Program-made: the position numbers and the translations under genes
Assembly (NCBI RefSeq): GCF_009914755.1
Contig: NC_060947.1
Origin: the human T2T-CHM13v2.0 reference genome, Homo sapiens
Strand: one strand, 5' to 3'
Length of the DNA stretch: 64,000 nt
In this document: piece after piece, positions 1-15,500 of the stretch
Layout of the letters: every line of letters begins with the position of its first letter
How positions within the stretch are numbered: the stretch's first letter is position 1
Notes under the pieces: model-generated
Told to the model about the DNA's origin: nothing
Seen by the model: only the letters and a program-made list of their open reading frames with translations
Databases searched by the model: none

Positions 1-259
1 ATAATGTCTGTTTCCCCCCATTTCCCTAATAAATGCCCAGTGCTGAAAATGCACTTTTTAAATACCCCTTTGGAAAATGTCTGATAAAATGACAATGAGC
101 ACTTCTGGCCCATTCTGGAGACATCTATTAACAATGGTGAGTGCCTTAAGCCAAAGGTGGAAAGGTAGAATTTTAACATTAGTGAGCTGGAAGGGGCTGG
201 GTGTTTTGAGGACCAGGAATCTTTTTTTCAATTTGGCCCTGGCTATTGGTCCTCTTTTT

Positions 260-2635
<2,376 letters not shown>

Positions 2636-2889
2636 AGAATCAAAGAGATTCTCAAAGAATAAAAATGAGAGATACTAAAGTTAATATTGGATGAATTAAA
2701 TGAAAAAGCAAGACACAGATTGTTAGGAAAATGAGGGTTATTTTTTACTGACAAAAGCTAAAGTCTACAATAAACATGAGTCATGAATGTATATACGTGG
2801 AATGATGCAGCATGACAGTTTATAAAACAAAGACTGTTACAAGAAAACATTGGCAGCATTATAATCCTAATTGGAGACATTATCATACC

Positions 2890-3299
2890 TGTATTAGTTA
2901 AGATTTATTTTAGCTTCATGCAAGGAAAAACCTAAAATATCAGGGGCATAAACTAGATAGTGGCTTATTTTTCTTCCATGGAAAAAAGAGTCTGGATGTA
3001 TTCATTCCAGAGCTGTATATCTTGCTATTCTGCCATCATTAATGTATTACTTCTTGAAGTCTAGCTATCATATCTACATTCCATGTGGGAGGAAGGAGGA
3101 AGAGGAGCTACCCTCACCACACACACTTAAATCATAGTAGCCAGAACCTAGTCAGATGGGAGCTGTGAGGGAGGCTGGAAAATGTAGTCTTTTATTTTGG
3201 GTGTCAATATGCCCATGTAAAAATCAGGCAGGCCCTCTGTTATCAAGAAGAAAGGTAAGATCAGATGTTGGGTTGATAACTAGCAGCTTCTGCCTTACA
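2890..3299 (-). mobile_element. Old MaLR LTR (MLT1J/K/L-like)
   Basis: Starts tgtattagttaagatttatttt..., ends gataactagcagcttctgccttaca, typical of old MLT1 antisense termini. Confidence 0.6.
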
Positions 3300-3994
3300 A
3301 CTGTCTTAGTTTTTGACAGACCAAATAGACAAAAAAAGAACAGGTCAATTGAATAATCCAATTAGTAAGTTTGACTCTATACATATATCTATAACTACAT
3401 CTTTGTGGCCTACATGGAACACATATTTTTACTAAATTTTCATGAAACGTTAAAAAAATTTTCATATTTCAGACCACAAAGGAAACAATATATTACAGAA
3501 AGCAGAAATAGTTTAGGCCATAATTTCGTAGTTTGTGATCACAATTCAATCAGGCTAGACATTAAAATCCAAAGGGAAATAAATGAAATCAAACCATGCA
3601 GAACATTAAAAAACCACTCTACTGAATAATTTTTGAGTCAAAGATAGAAATAGAAACTTCAAGCATATTCTATTTAAACAGTAATGGTGAATGAAGCATG
3701 TTAACAATTTAGGGAACATCTCCAGTGCTTTATTCAAAGGAAAAGCTACATGACTTTTTGTCAAACAAAAAAGGAGAAAAATAAATCATGAAGGTAGAAG
3801 AGGCAAAATAAAGGAAAATTTGGAAAGCCTAAATTATTATAGCTGAAAGAAGAAATGAAACAGAAAACAGAAACCCAGAAAAACTGATGAATAAATATTA
3901 GAACCAGTTTTTGAAATGACCCATAGGTGACAAATTCCTGGCAAGAGTAATCAAGAATATAAGAAAAAAAGAATTTTGAAAAGCATATTAGAAA

Positions 3995-4443
3995 TGTAAT
4001 ACAGTGAAGTGAATAGTGTCCCCCTCAAATTTATGTCCATCTTGAAGCTCAGAATGTGACTTTATTAATAATAGGATATTTGCAAATGTAATTAAGATAA
4101 GAGGAGGTCATACTGGATTAGGGTGGACTCTAAATACAATGATGAATGTCCTTATAAATAGAGGGGACATATAGAAAAGCACAGAGACATAAGGAAGAAG
4201 CCCATGTGAAAATGGAGCTAAAGATTAGAGTTATGCTGACACACACCAAGAACTGCCTGGAGCCCCCAAAAGATGGAAGAGGAAAGAAAGAACCCTTCCC
4301 CTACAGCCTTTCAAGAGACTGTGGCCTTATAGACTTTGATTTTAGACTTCTGGCCTCCAAAACTGTAAAAGAATATGTTTCTTTTGTTTTAAGCCCCTCA
4401 GGGTGTCATACTTTGTATGACAGCCCTAGGAAACAAATATACA
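3995..4443 (+). mobile_element. MaLR LTR (MLT1B/MLT1C-like)
   Basis: gaatgtgactttatt...gaggtcatactggattagggtgg...gacttctggcctccaaaactgt...cagccctaggaaacaaatataca. Confidence 0.85.
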
Positions 4444-4489
4444 TGAAAGCTTAATAATTGATGACACAATATAGTATAGGGACTCTCTA

Positions 4490-4655
4490 TGTGTTTTACA
4501 CTTTTATATACATTAACTAATTTCATCCATACAAGAATCTAATGAAGTGGGTGCTATTTTGTAGATAAACGCATGAGAGTTTAAGCAATTTGTCCAAGCA
4601 AATAATTCAAACTTAGATTGACTTCAAAGCCTGTGGTCTAAATCACCACATGTAA
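4490..4655 (-). mobile_element. MIR SINE
   Basis: aatgaagtgggtgctattttgtagataaac...gtttaagcaatttgtccaag...gacttcaaagcctgtg. Confidence 0.6.
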
Positions 4656-4991
4656 CTTCCTATCTTATATAGTAAAACATAGTAGATTTTTAAAAGAGAG
4701 AGAATGTTATAAATTTAATCCTAGGGAAATTATAAAAAGTGACTCAAGAAAAGTAGAAAACTAATAACCATAAAAAGTTGTTAAACAACTGTCAATTCTT
4801 CCATCACAAAGCAAACAACAGAACAAAACAAACAGCAATAACACCTCATAAAATTCCATAGGTGAGTTATTTCAAAGAAAGAGAAATTTTAGTTGTTCCA
4901 GAAATAAGGAATGTCTCTCAAATCTTTTATAAAATTAGCCTATCTGGGAAAATCATATCCAACAAAGACAGAACCAAAAAGAAAAAGAAAA

Positions 4992-5945
4992 GCACAACCT
5001 GCAGAATGGGAGAAAAAGTTTGCAATCTATCCACTTACCAAAGGACTAATATCCAGAGTCTACAAGGAACTTACATTTACAAGAAAAAAACAACCCCATT
5101 AAAAAGTGGGCAAAGGACATGAACAGACACTTCCCAAAAGAAGACATATATGTGGACAACAAACATATGAATAAAAGGTCAACATCACTGATCATTAGAG
5201 AAATGCAAATCAAAACCACAATGAGATACCATCTCACACTAGTCAGAATGGCTATTATTAAGAAGTCCAGAAACAACAGATGGTGGCAAGGCTGTGGAGA
5301 AAAAAGAACGCTTTTACATTGTTGGTAGGAGTGTAAATTAGTTCAACCATTGTGGAAGACAGTGTGGCAATTCCTCAAGGATCTAGAGGCAGAAATACCA
5401 TTTGAACCAGCAATCCCATTACTGGGTATATACCCAAAGGAATACAAATTATTCTGTTATAAAGATATATGCACACATGTGTTCATTGCAGCACTATTCA
5501 CAATGGCAAAGATATGGAATCAACCCAAATGCCCATCAATGATAGACTAGATAAAAAAAAATGTGTTACATATACTATGCAGCCATAAAAATAATGAGAC
5601 CCTGTCCTTTGCAGGGACATGGATTGAGCTGGGAGCCATTATCCTCAGCAAACTGACACAGGAACAGAAAACCAAATATTGCATGTTCTTACTTGTAAGT
5701 GGAAGTTGAATGATGAGAACACATGAACACATGAGGAGGGAAACAACACACACTAGGGCCTGTTGGCTATGGGGGTGGAGGGAGGGAGAGCCTCAGAAAG
5801 AATAGTTAAGGGATGCTGGGCTTAATACGTAGGTGTTGGGTTGATTTGTGCAGCAAACCACCAAGGCACACGTTTACCTATTTAACAAACCTGCACATCC
5901 TACACATGTACCCTGGAACTGAACGAAAAAAAAAAGAAAAGAAAG
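4992..5945 (+). mobile_element. 5'-truncated L1PA (L1PA10-13-like) with poly(A)
   Basis: ORF2 C-terminal peptides (QPAEWEKKFAIY; [12 protein letters not shown]; WNQPKCPSMID), 3'UTR, A-tail; A-rich gaaa(a)gc flanks consistent with a TSD. Confidence 0.92.
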
Positions 5946-6104
5946 CAGACGGACTTCACTTATGAATATGGATTTAAAATTCTAGGTAATATGATACTCA
6001 AGTGAATATAACAGGGATGAAAAGAATAATAACTAATGACCTAGAAGGATTCCTTTCAAGAATGCAGACAGTTTATTAGGAAATATTTTATTATTATTTA
6101 TTAT

Positions 6105-9100
6105 TTATTTTTAAATATACAGGTAAAATTATATGTATTTATTGTTTACAACATGATGTTTTGAAATATATATACATTGTGGAATGGCTAAATCTAGCTA
6201 ATTAAATTAACACATGCATTACCTCATATATGTATCAATTTTGTAATGATAACATTTAAAATTTATATTTTAGCATTTTCAAAAACACAATATATTATCA
6301 TTACAGTCACCATGTTGTACAATAGATTGCTTGAACCTATTCCTCCTATATAACTGAAATTTTGTATCCTTTGAGCAACATTTCTCCAAGCCTCTACCTC
6401 TCTCCATTGCCCTAGATCCTATTAACCACCATTCTATTCTGTACTTCTCGAAGAACAAATTTTTAGATTCCACAAAGTAGTGTAATCATTCAGTATTTGT
6501 CTTTCTGTGCCTAGCTTATTTTATCTAACATATTGTCCTCCAGGTTTTATCCATGTTATCACAAATGACAGGATTTCTTTATTTTATTGCTGAATAGTAT
6601 TCCATTGTGTATATATACCACATTTTCTGTATCCATTCATCTCTTGATGGACACATAGGTTGATTCCATATTTTAGCTATTGTGAATAATGCTGCAGTAA
6701 ACATTGGAGTGGAGATAGCTCTTCAGCATACTGATTTCATTCCCTTTGGAAATACACCCAGTAATGGGATCACTGGCTCATATGGTAATTTTATTTTTTT
6801 TTGTGAGGAACCTCCACACTGTGTTTCATAATGGCTATACTAATTTATCTTCCTACCAATGGTGTGCAAGCGTTCTCTGTTCTCCACAGCCTTGCCCACA
6901 CTTTTCACCTTTTGTCTTTTTGATAGTAGCCATTGTAGCATGTGTGAGGTAACACTTCATTGTGGTTTAAATTTGCATTTCTCTAATGATTAGTGACTTT
7001 GAGCATTTTTTCATGTACTTGTTGGCCATTTATATGTCTTCTTTTGAGAAATGCCTATTTTCATTCTTTTCCCATTTTTAATTGGGTTATATGTTTTCTT
7101 ACTATTGAGTTGTTTGAGTTTCTTATATATCTTGAATATTAATCCCTTATCAGATCCATGGTTTAAAAATACTTTCTCCCATTCTGTAGATTGTCTCTTC
7201 ACATTGCTGTTTCTTTGGCTCTGCAGAACCTTTCAGTTTGAAATAATTCCACTGTGTATGTTAGATTTTGTTGCCTGTACTTTTGGATTTATATCTAACA
7301 AATAATTGCCCAGACCAATTTCATCAAGCTTTCCTCCTATGTTTTCTTTAATAGGTTTCCAGGTTCAGATCGTACATTTAATTCTGTATCCATTTTGAGT
7401 TTACTTTTGTGTATGGTGTGAGCCAGTGGTCTAATGTTACTCTTTTTCATGTTAGTTATCCAGTTTTCTCATCATAATTTATTGAAGAGACCATGCTTTC
7501 TTTCTGTGTATGCTTGGTAGTTTTGTCCAAAATCAGTTGGCTGTAAATACTTGTACTTATTTCTGGGCTTTCTATTCTGTTCCATCGGTCTGTCTGTTTT
7601 TATGCCAGTACCATATTGTTTTGATTACTATAGCTTTATAGCATATTTTGAAATTAAGTACAGTGTGATAGCTGTAGCTTTGTTCTTTTGCTCAAGATTG
7701 CTTTCATTATTCTGGTTTTTTTGTGGTTCTGTACAAATTTTTAGTATTATTTGTTATATTTCTGTGAGGGATATCATTGGTATTTTGATAGGAATTGCAT
7801 TGAATTTATGGATTTCTTTGTGTAGTATGGAGATTTTAACAAGACTAATTCTTCCAATGCATGATTGTTGGCTATCTTTCCATTTATTTGTACCTTCTTC
7901 AGTTTCTTTCATCAGTATCCTATAGTTTTTAGAATATAGATTTTTCACCTCCTTGGTTACATTGATTCCTAAATTTATTTTTTTGGAGCTATTGTAAATG
8001 AGACTATTTTCTTGATTTTCTCTCTGAAAATTTTCTGTTAGTGTATAGAAATGCTACTGATTTTGTATGTTGATTTTGTATCCTACAACTTTACTAAATT
8101 TATTAGTTCCAATAGGTTTTTGGTGGAGTCTTTAGAGTTTTCTGTATGTAAGTTTATGTCATCTGCAAATAGAAACAGTTGAACTTCTTCCTTTCCAACT
8201 CATACGTCTTTTTATTTTTTAATCTTGCCTAACTATTCAGACTAGGACTTCCAGTTTTATGTTGAATGGAAGCAGTGAGAGTGGGCATCCTCATTTTGTT
8301 CCTGATCTTACAGAAAAAGTTTTCAACTTTTCCTTGTTAAATATGATATTATCCATGGGTTTGTCATAGGTTAACTTTGTTGTGTTGAAGCACATGTCTT
8401 CTACTCCTTCTTTGGAGTTTTTATCATGAAAGGGTTTTGAATTTTGCCAAATGCTTTTTGTGTACCTATTGAAATGGTTATATGGTTTGGTCATTCAGTT
8501 AATGTGGTGTATCACGTTTGTGGATTTGTGTATGTTGCATCAACCTTGAATTCCTGGGATGAATCTCACTTGATAATGGTGAATAATCTTTTTAATGTGC
8601 TATTGAATTCAGATTACTAGTATTTTGTTGAGAAGTTTTGCATCTATCTTCATCAGGTCTTTGTTTGGCTTTGGTATCAGGGTAATGCTGGCCTCATAAA
8701 GTGAGTTTGAAAGTATACCCTAGACTTCCATTTTCTAGAGTAGCTTGAGAGGGATAGGTATTAATTCTTTAAATGTTTGGTAGAATGTAGCAGTGATGCT
8801 ACCATAAACATGGGAGTGGAATAAATGTGCAAGTGCAGATATCTCTTCAATATACCAATTTCATTTCTTTTGTAAATATATCCAGCAGTGGGATTACTGG
8901 ATCACATGGTGGTTCTATTTTTAGTTTTTTGAGTAACCTCCATACTGTTTTCCATAATGGATGTACTACTTTATACTTCCACCAGCAGTCTATGAGCACT
9001 CTCCTTTCTCTGCATCCATTTGTTATTTTTTGTTTTTTTTGCTAATAGCCCTCTAACTGCAGTGAAATTATGTCTCGTGATTTTTATTTGCATTTCCATG

Positions 9101-11576
9101 ATGATTAGTGATCTTGAGCACTTTAAAAATATACCTATTGGTCATTTGTATGTCTTCTTTTGAGAAATGTCTTTTCTGGTCTTTTGCCCTTTTTAAATCA
9201 GATTATTTTTTCTTTGTTTTGCTATTTAGTTGTTTGAGTTCCATTTATATTCTGGATATTAATGCCTTGTTGGATAGATAGTTTGCAAATATTTTTCCCA
9301 CTCTGCAGGCTGTCTCCACACTTTGTTGATTGATTTCTTTGCTGTGCAGAAGTTTTTTAGTTTGATGTAATTCTATTTCTCTATTTTTGCTTTTGTTGCC
9401 TGTGGTTTTGAGTTCTTATCAAAAAAATTACTATAGGTTTTTGCTTTGTGGTTACTATGAGTCTTACAAGAAACCTCTTACAGATATGACAGGTTATTTT
9501 AAGCTGATGACAAATTAACTTTGATCACACAAGAAGAAACTCTACACTTTTACTCTACTTCCCCTCAATTTGGAATTTTTGATGTCAGAATTTACATCTT
9601 TTTATAATGCTTATATTTTAACAAATTTTTGTAACTGTTATTATTTTAATGGTTTTGTCTTTTAACCTTTGTACTAAAGATATAGGTGATTTTCACACCA
9701 TTATTAGAGTATTCTGAATTTGACTGTATTATACATACTTTTTTCAGCATGTTTTAAACTTCTTGATATTTTCTGGTTGCTCATTAGTATCATTTTCTTT
9801 TATCTTGATGATCTCTCTTTAGCATTTCTTATAAAACAAATATGTTGTTGATGAACTCATTCAATTTTTGTTTGTCTGGGAAATTGTATCTCTCCTTCAT
9901 TTCTGAATGCCAGCTTTGCTGGGAACAGTATTTTTGGTTGAAGGTTTTCTTCTTTCAGCACTTTGAATATATCATCCCACTCTCTCCTGGCCTGTGAAAT
10001 TTCAGCTGATAAATCTGCCTTTAGCCATGTTGGAACTTCCCTTATGTTGTTTACTTCTTTTCTCTTGCTGCTTTCAGTGTGTTCTCTTTGTCTTTGATTT
10101 TTGATGGTTTTAGTATAATATGTCCTGAGGTCGTCTTTTTTTGACTGAAACTGATTAGAAATCTTTGGCTGTCCTATACTTGAATTCTTACATCTTCCTC
10201 CAGATTGGAAGGTTTTCTCCTATGGTTTCTTTAAATAACCTTTCTACTTCCTTTTCTTTCACTTTTGTATCTTTTTTACCTCTAACATTTGCTCTATTTT
10301 GATGCTGTCCTGTAAATCTTATAAGCTTTCTTCCTTCCGTTTTTTTCTTGTTTCTTTTTTCTTATCTTAATGTGTATTTTCAAATAACCTGTCTTCAAGT
10401 TCACAGATTGTTTCTGCTTGATCAGTTCTGCTGTGGATGCTCTCTGCTGCATTTCTTATTTCATTCATTGTACTTTGCAGCTTCAGAATTTTTATTTGTT
10501 AATTATTTTAATCTCTCCATTAAATTTATCATTTTTGTCACCTACTGTTTTCCTCATTTCATTGAATTGTTTCTTTGTATTTTCTTGAAGTTCACTGAGC
10601 TTTCTTAAAACAGTTATTTTGAATTCTTTGTGTAGCAGTTTATGCATCTCTATTTTTAGGGTCAGTCACTGATGTTTTATATTTTCTCTTTGGTGACGTC
10701 ATGTTTCCATGATTATTCTTGCTCTTTGATTGGGATCTGCAAATTTTCAGAGGTAGATACCTGCTCCAGTCTTTTCAGACTGCCTTTGTCTGGGAGAGCC
10801 CTTTAACAGTCTGCCTCTCCAGAGATTCTCAGCAGGCTATCTGGTGTGGTCCATGGAAAGGCTTGCTGCTGGAGTCTTTGGGCTGTCTGGCATGGGTCAA
10901 CAGGTGGGCAGGCCTGGAACTGGACCTACTCGGGTAGATCTATTGATTGACTCTTCCGGTATAGGCCTGTAGCCTATATCCTTGGGGGCTTGCCTGAAGC
11001 CCCTGTCCACTGGGGCAGTACTGAAACCCAGAGCTGCTGAGGCCAGCATAGCTCTGGGATGGACCTCAAGTCTTCAGCCACTTGGGCTGACATGCTGCTG
11101 AGTGCTGTTTGAAACCTGGGCCATCCGAATTCATCCTGGTAGTAGTGCAGACTGGAGATAAAGTCCACTGTGCAGGCCTAAAACCTGGGGCTGTGGGGTC
11201 TGGCCTGGCCCTGAGACAGGTCTGAAGGCTCAGTCTGTGGATACCAACCTAAGCTGTGGGGCTATGTGGGCTTACCCAGTGCTGGGTTTTACTGTGGCAG
11301 GCCCAGTATTGAGGTCTATGATCATTTTTTTCTCTTTCCCTCAAGCAGATGGTATCTCTCTTCAGGCTGTGCTGCCTGGGGTTGAGGGAGGGGTGATGTA
11401 GGAAATGTATAACTGTTCTTACTCCTCTCTTTAATGTGTCTTTTCTTATTGCTGTGCTACATCCAGGTGTTTTGCTCTCTTACCTGATTTCTTTAGCACT
11501 GGTAAAGGTATTTTTGTGCATAGAAGGCTGTTCAAATTAATGCTTCTGTGAGGAGACAATCTCTGGAGAGTGCTAT
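6105..11576 (-). mobile_element. Composite L1MA: 3'UTR+ORF2 (6105-8795), a second ORF2-3' segment (8795-9430), inter-ORF/ORF1/5'UTR (9430-11576)
   Basis: L1MA 3' end (aacatgatgttttgaaatatatatacattgtggaatggctaaatc); ORF2 peptides (KRQSTEWEKVF; [10 protein letters not shown]); GC-richer 5'UTR 10700-11576. Confidence 0.85.
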
Positions 11577-12096
11577 TGTGTCCGTAGTTGGTTCCTTCCA
11601 GTGGATTCTTGGTCTCGCTGACTTCAAGAATGAAGCCGCAGACCTTTGTGGTGAGTGTCACAGCTCTTAAAAGTGGCCTGGACACAAAGAGTGAGCAACA
11701 GCAAGATTTATTGTGAAGAGGGAAAGAACAAAGCTTCCACAGTGTGAAAGGGGACCCGAGCAGGTTGCTGCTGCTGGATGGGGTGGCCAGCTTTTATTCC
11801 CTTATTTGTCCCCACCCACCTCCTGCTGATTGGTCCATTTTAAGAGAGTGCTGATTGGTCCATTTTACAGAGTGCTGATTGGTTCATTTTGCAAACCTCT
11901 AGCTAGCCACAGAGTGCTGATTGGTGCTTTTTTACAGAGCACTGACAAACCTCTAGCTAGCTACAGAGGGCTGGTTGGTGCATTTTACAATCCTAGCTAT
12001 AGAGTGCTGATTGGCACATTTTACAATCCTCTTGTATGACAGAAAATTTTTCCAAGTCCCCACCCAACCCAGAAGTCCAGCTGGCTTCACCTCTCA
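11577..12096 (-). repeat. 3' LTR, short LTR12 (LTR12F-like by length, 520 bp)
   Basis: Minus strand begins TGAGAGGTGAAGCCAGCTGG and ends GGACACA; repeated CCAATCAGCACTCT units. Confidence 0.93.
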
Positions 12097-12110
12097 ATCC
12101 CCCCTCTAAA
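12097..12110 (-). promoter_or_regulatory. Polypurine tract (PPT)
   Basis: TTTAGAGGGGGGAT immediately precedes the 3' LTR on the minus strand. Confidence 0.9.
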
Positions 12111-12864
12111 CAGGACACCCCAACTGCTGCTGGGAATTGGGCGATGACCACTCTAGCTACTTTCTGCTGGATAGGGGCGAAGAAGGGGCCCTACAGTTGT
12201 AATGTCCTCCCCAGGGGAACTCTAGGCCAGTCAAAGAGCCAGTGGGTTGGTCCAGAGGTCCTTGGTAGAAGTTGTTAGTTGAGTTCATTTCGGGTTTCAT
12301 TTGCAAGACCATCTGTAGCTTACTGGCCTTGATCCTGGAGGAAACAGATTTGACAAGGAGGTTAAAAATAGGGCCCGAAGGCGAGTAATAGCAAGATGGA
12401 TGTCACGGGACCTAGAAAGGGGAGAAGCCATGTCACCCAACTCCAGAGGGTGGTATAAGAGTTTGAAAGGCGTTGTCTGATTTCGGAATCCTTTTCCTGT
12501 AAATGCCAGGCAGTGTCTCATACTATCCCTGACTGGTTAGTGTAAAAGCAACACTCTTCCTTTAAGAAGGTGCAAAGTCCTCCTTTCTCAGCAGTGAGGA
12601 GGTCTAGGCCTTGGTGGTTTTGGAGAGTCACTGCTGCCAAAGAGTCTATTTGGGATTGTAGAGTAAGAATAGATTTTGTTATTTCTTGTAAACTGTCCAA
12701 GAAATCCTTTGATAGTGTGTGGTAGTAGGATAGTGAAGTAGATAAACTGGCTATTCTGGTTCCTGTAGCAGTGGCCATTCCTAACCCTATAAGTAGGGGT
12801 ATTAGTTGTATGGCCCTGTGCTGATGGACTTGAGCTCTGAGGGGCACTGATAGGGTCTGATTAC
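12111..12864 (-). pseudogene. env: env remnant: SU C-terminal tip plus TM (fusion peptide, ISD, CX6CC, membrane anchor), disrupted
   Basis: HQHR/AIQLIPLLIGLG (decayed furin site plus fusion peptide); LQNHQGLDLLTAEKGGLCTFLKEECCF; stop at 12518-12520. Confidence 0.93.
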
Positions 12865-13001
12865 CACAAGATTAGAACTTAGGATAATACATGTTACACT
12901 GTTAACTTTTAGCAAACTTTACTTTTGTAAAAACTTACCTTGTAAGTTTGGGATTTCAATTATTCTTTGCTATTAATAAGACCTCATTCAGTCCATATTA
13001 A

Positions 13002-13295
13002 CTTAGAATTGGTATAGATGACTCCTTCCTGATTCTGTAAGTACTTTAAGGTTTAGCTGAGTGCTAACAGCTCTCACGTTTGAGCAGACCAATTATTAGG
13101 CAGCTTTCCTAACTCTGCTTTTACAAGAGTTTCCTTATCACTTATTGAATACCCATTGTGTCTTTTTCCCTTAATCACCCAGGAGGAACCATCTATCGTT
13201 CTGTCCTGAAGGGAGTTCCTCCTAGATCTGGTTGTACCTTTGTATGGTAATTAATTAAGATTTAGATCCCTTGTTAGGAAACCTGCTGGGTTAAG
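13002..13295 (-). pseudogene. Second, heterologous tether/RNase H remnant (HERV-I/HERVIP10-like pol)
   Basis: Hand translation: LNPAGFLT...PDLGGTPFRT...IDGSSWVIKGKRHNGYS...KLPNNWSAQT*ELLALS*TLKYLQNQEGVIYTNSK. Confidence 0.8.
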
Positions 13296-13454
13296 GATTT
13301 TTGATGGGAAGGCTATGGGTTGTCAGTGGCCTCAGTGCTGACAACAAGGTGGTATTGGAGTGTTACAGGGTCACGGAGAAGACCTTCAATTATCAATTAA
13401 TAGGTTTTAAATTTTAAATTTACCCTGACTTTTAAAGGAATAGGATACACTGTT

Positions 13455-13735
13455 CTTTCTTTACTACTTTTCTCTTTCTCTTTCTCTTTGACTTTCTTTC
13501 TCTCTCTCTTTGTCTCTGTCTCTTCCTCTCTCTGTCTCTCTCTTTGACTCCCTCTTTGTCTCTCTGTCTCTTCCTCTCTGTCTCCTTCTCTTTGACTTTG
13601 TCTCTTTCTCTCTTTCTTTCTCTCCGACTCCCTCTTTGTCTCTGTCTCTTCCTCTCTGTCTCCTTCTCTCATTGACTTCCTGTCTTTCTCTTTCTCTCTG
13701 TCTTTCCTCTCTGCTGGTCTTTCCCTGTCTCTGCT
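13455..13735 (-). repeat. AG-rich (plus-strand CT-rich) low-complexity tract inside the provirus
   Basis: Repeated ctctttgtctctgtctcttcctctc / tttgactccc units. Confidence 0.95.
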
Positions 13736-13764
13736 AGCCACTTATGCTGCTGTTCTCCTCTCTC

Positions 13765-15500
13765 CTTCCCCTTTTGATGGCTTTGGCAGTGTAAGACTGC
13801 GACCTCCTTGGATTTTTGCACTGTGTGCAATAACTCCATGATTTCCTTGTGGTATTTAAAGGGGGTTCCCCCAGAGGTTAGGAACTCCCTTTCTTTCCAT
13901 GTTGCAGCATGGGCATGTAGGATTAGATAAGCATACTTGCTATCTGTGTAAACATTTATTCTTTTTCCCTTTCCCAGTTCTAAGGCTTGGGTAAGTGCCA
14001 CTAGTTCTGCTAACTGGGCACTGGTCCCTGGGGGAAGAGGCTTACTTTTAGGTACTGTTACATCACTAACGATGGCATAACCTGCCTTTCATATCCCATT
14101 CTCCACAAATGAACTTCCATCAGTATATAGGTTAAGGTCAGGATTAGCTAAGGGGACTTCTAAGAGATCCTCTCAGGCGGCATAAGTCTGGACTATAATT
14201 TGTTGGCAGTCATGCTCAATTGGTTCTCTATCCTCTGGGAGAAAAGTAGCAGGGTTGAGGGCCGCACACATGTGTATTTGAAGCACCGGTTCCTCAAGGA
14301 GTAGTGCCTGGTATCTGAGCAGGCAGTTGTCTAATAGCCATAAACTTCCTTTGGCACCTAGTATGCCATTTACATCATGAGTATTCCAGACAATGAGATC
14401 CTTTCCTTGTATTATTTTGATAGCCTCTGACACTAAGATGGCTACTGCCACAACTATCCATAAACAGGGAAGCCAGCCTTTTGCTACTATATCAATTTCC
14501 TTACTTAGGTATGCCACTGGTTGTGGGGTTGTCCCACGAGTCTAAGAACTCCAAGAGCTATTCCTGCTCTCTCTGTGATGTATAAAGAGAAGTTTTGTCC
14601 TGTGGGAAGGCTTAAGGCTGGAGCTTGTACTAGTGCTTGCTTTAAGGTTTTGAAGGCTGTTTCTGCCTCTGGTTGTCATTCTACTAGATGAGTATTTGCC
14701 CTCTGGGTCTCCTTGATTAGAGTATAGAGGGGCCTGGCTATCTTGCTGTATCCAGGGATTCATAGTCGGCAAAAGCCAGTGATTCCAAGGAACCCCCGCA
14801 ACTGTTTTAATGTCTTAGCGTGAGGATAAGCCAGTATAGGCTGTATTCATTCCTTGTTGAGGGCCCTGGTTCCTCTGGCTAAGATTTGGCCTAGATATTT
14901 GAATTGCTGTAAGCAGACCTGGGCCTTTGATTTAGATGCCTTGTATCCTTAATTAGCTAGAAAGTTCAAGAGATCTAGAGTACCCTGCCAGCATAAGGCT
15001 TCCAAACTGGTAGCCAAAAGTAAATCATTCACATACTGAAGGACTAGAGTGCCTGGACTTGAGAAGTGGCCTAGATCTTGGGCCAGTGCCTGACCAAACA
15101 GATGAGGGCTATCCCTAAACCCTTGGGGCAAGACCATCCACGTAAGTTGGGACGTGTGGTCTCTGAGATCCTTGAAGGCAAAGAGAAACTGGGAGTCAGA
15201 GTGCAGGGGAATACAGAAGAAGGCATCCTTGAGGTCCAGAACAGTGAACCATTCTGCTTTCTCTGGTATTTGAGAGAGCAGGGTATAGGGGTTGGGTACA
15301 ACTGGATATAGAGGAATTACTGCCTCATTGATGAGTCTAAGATCTTGCACTAATCTCCACTGACCTTTCAGTTTTTGTACTCCTAGAATTGGGGTGTTGC
15401 AGGGACTGCTGCATTTTCTTACAAAGCCTTGAACTTTTAAATGTCTAACAGTATCCTGTAATCCTTTATGAGCTTCAGGCCTTAAGGGTTATTGCTTTTG
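13765..15500 (-). pseudogene. pol: pol remnant: RT, tether, RNase H; integrase absent
   Basis: QDLRLINEAV, VLDLKDAFF, LPQGFRDSP, YVND (from YVDD, 15024-15035), AYLSKEID, LNPATFLP, VYTDSKYA, VAVLHCQSHQKG; frameshifts and stops. Confidence 0.95.

Larger units (their letters stand above)
2645..6075 (+). mobile_element. Old L1M (L1ME-like) ORF2 fragments, left part, interrupted by MLT1, MIR and L1PA
   Basis: Degenerate similarity to ORF2 endonuclease/linker DNA (ataatcctaattggagacat; gaaccagtttttgaaatgacc; caaaaagtgactcaagaaaagtagaaaa). Confidence 0.65.

Noticed and set aside
12518-12847. env ORF as a syncytin- or suppressyn-like domesticated gene
   Set aside because: No ATG or signal peptide, SU deleted, furin site decayed, and a stop before the membrane anchor.
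13397-13741. Charged E/R/K-rich 114-aa ORF and the S/L-rich ORF on the opposite strand
   Set aside because: Translation artefacts of the AG-rich tract.
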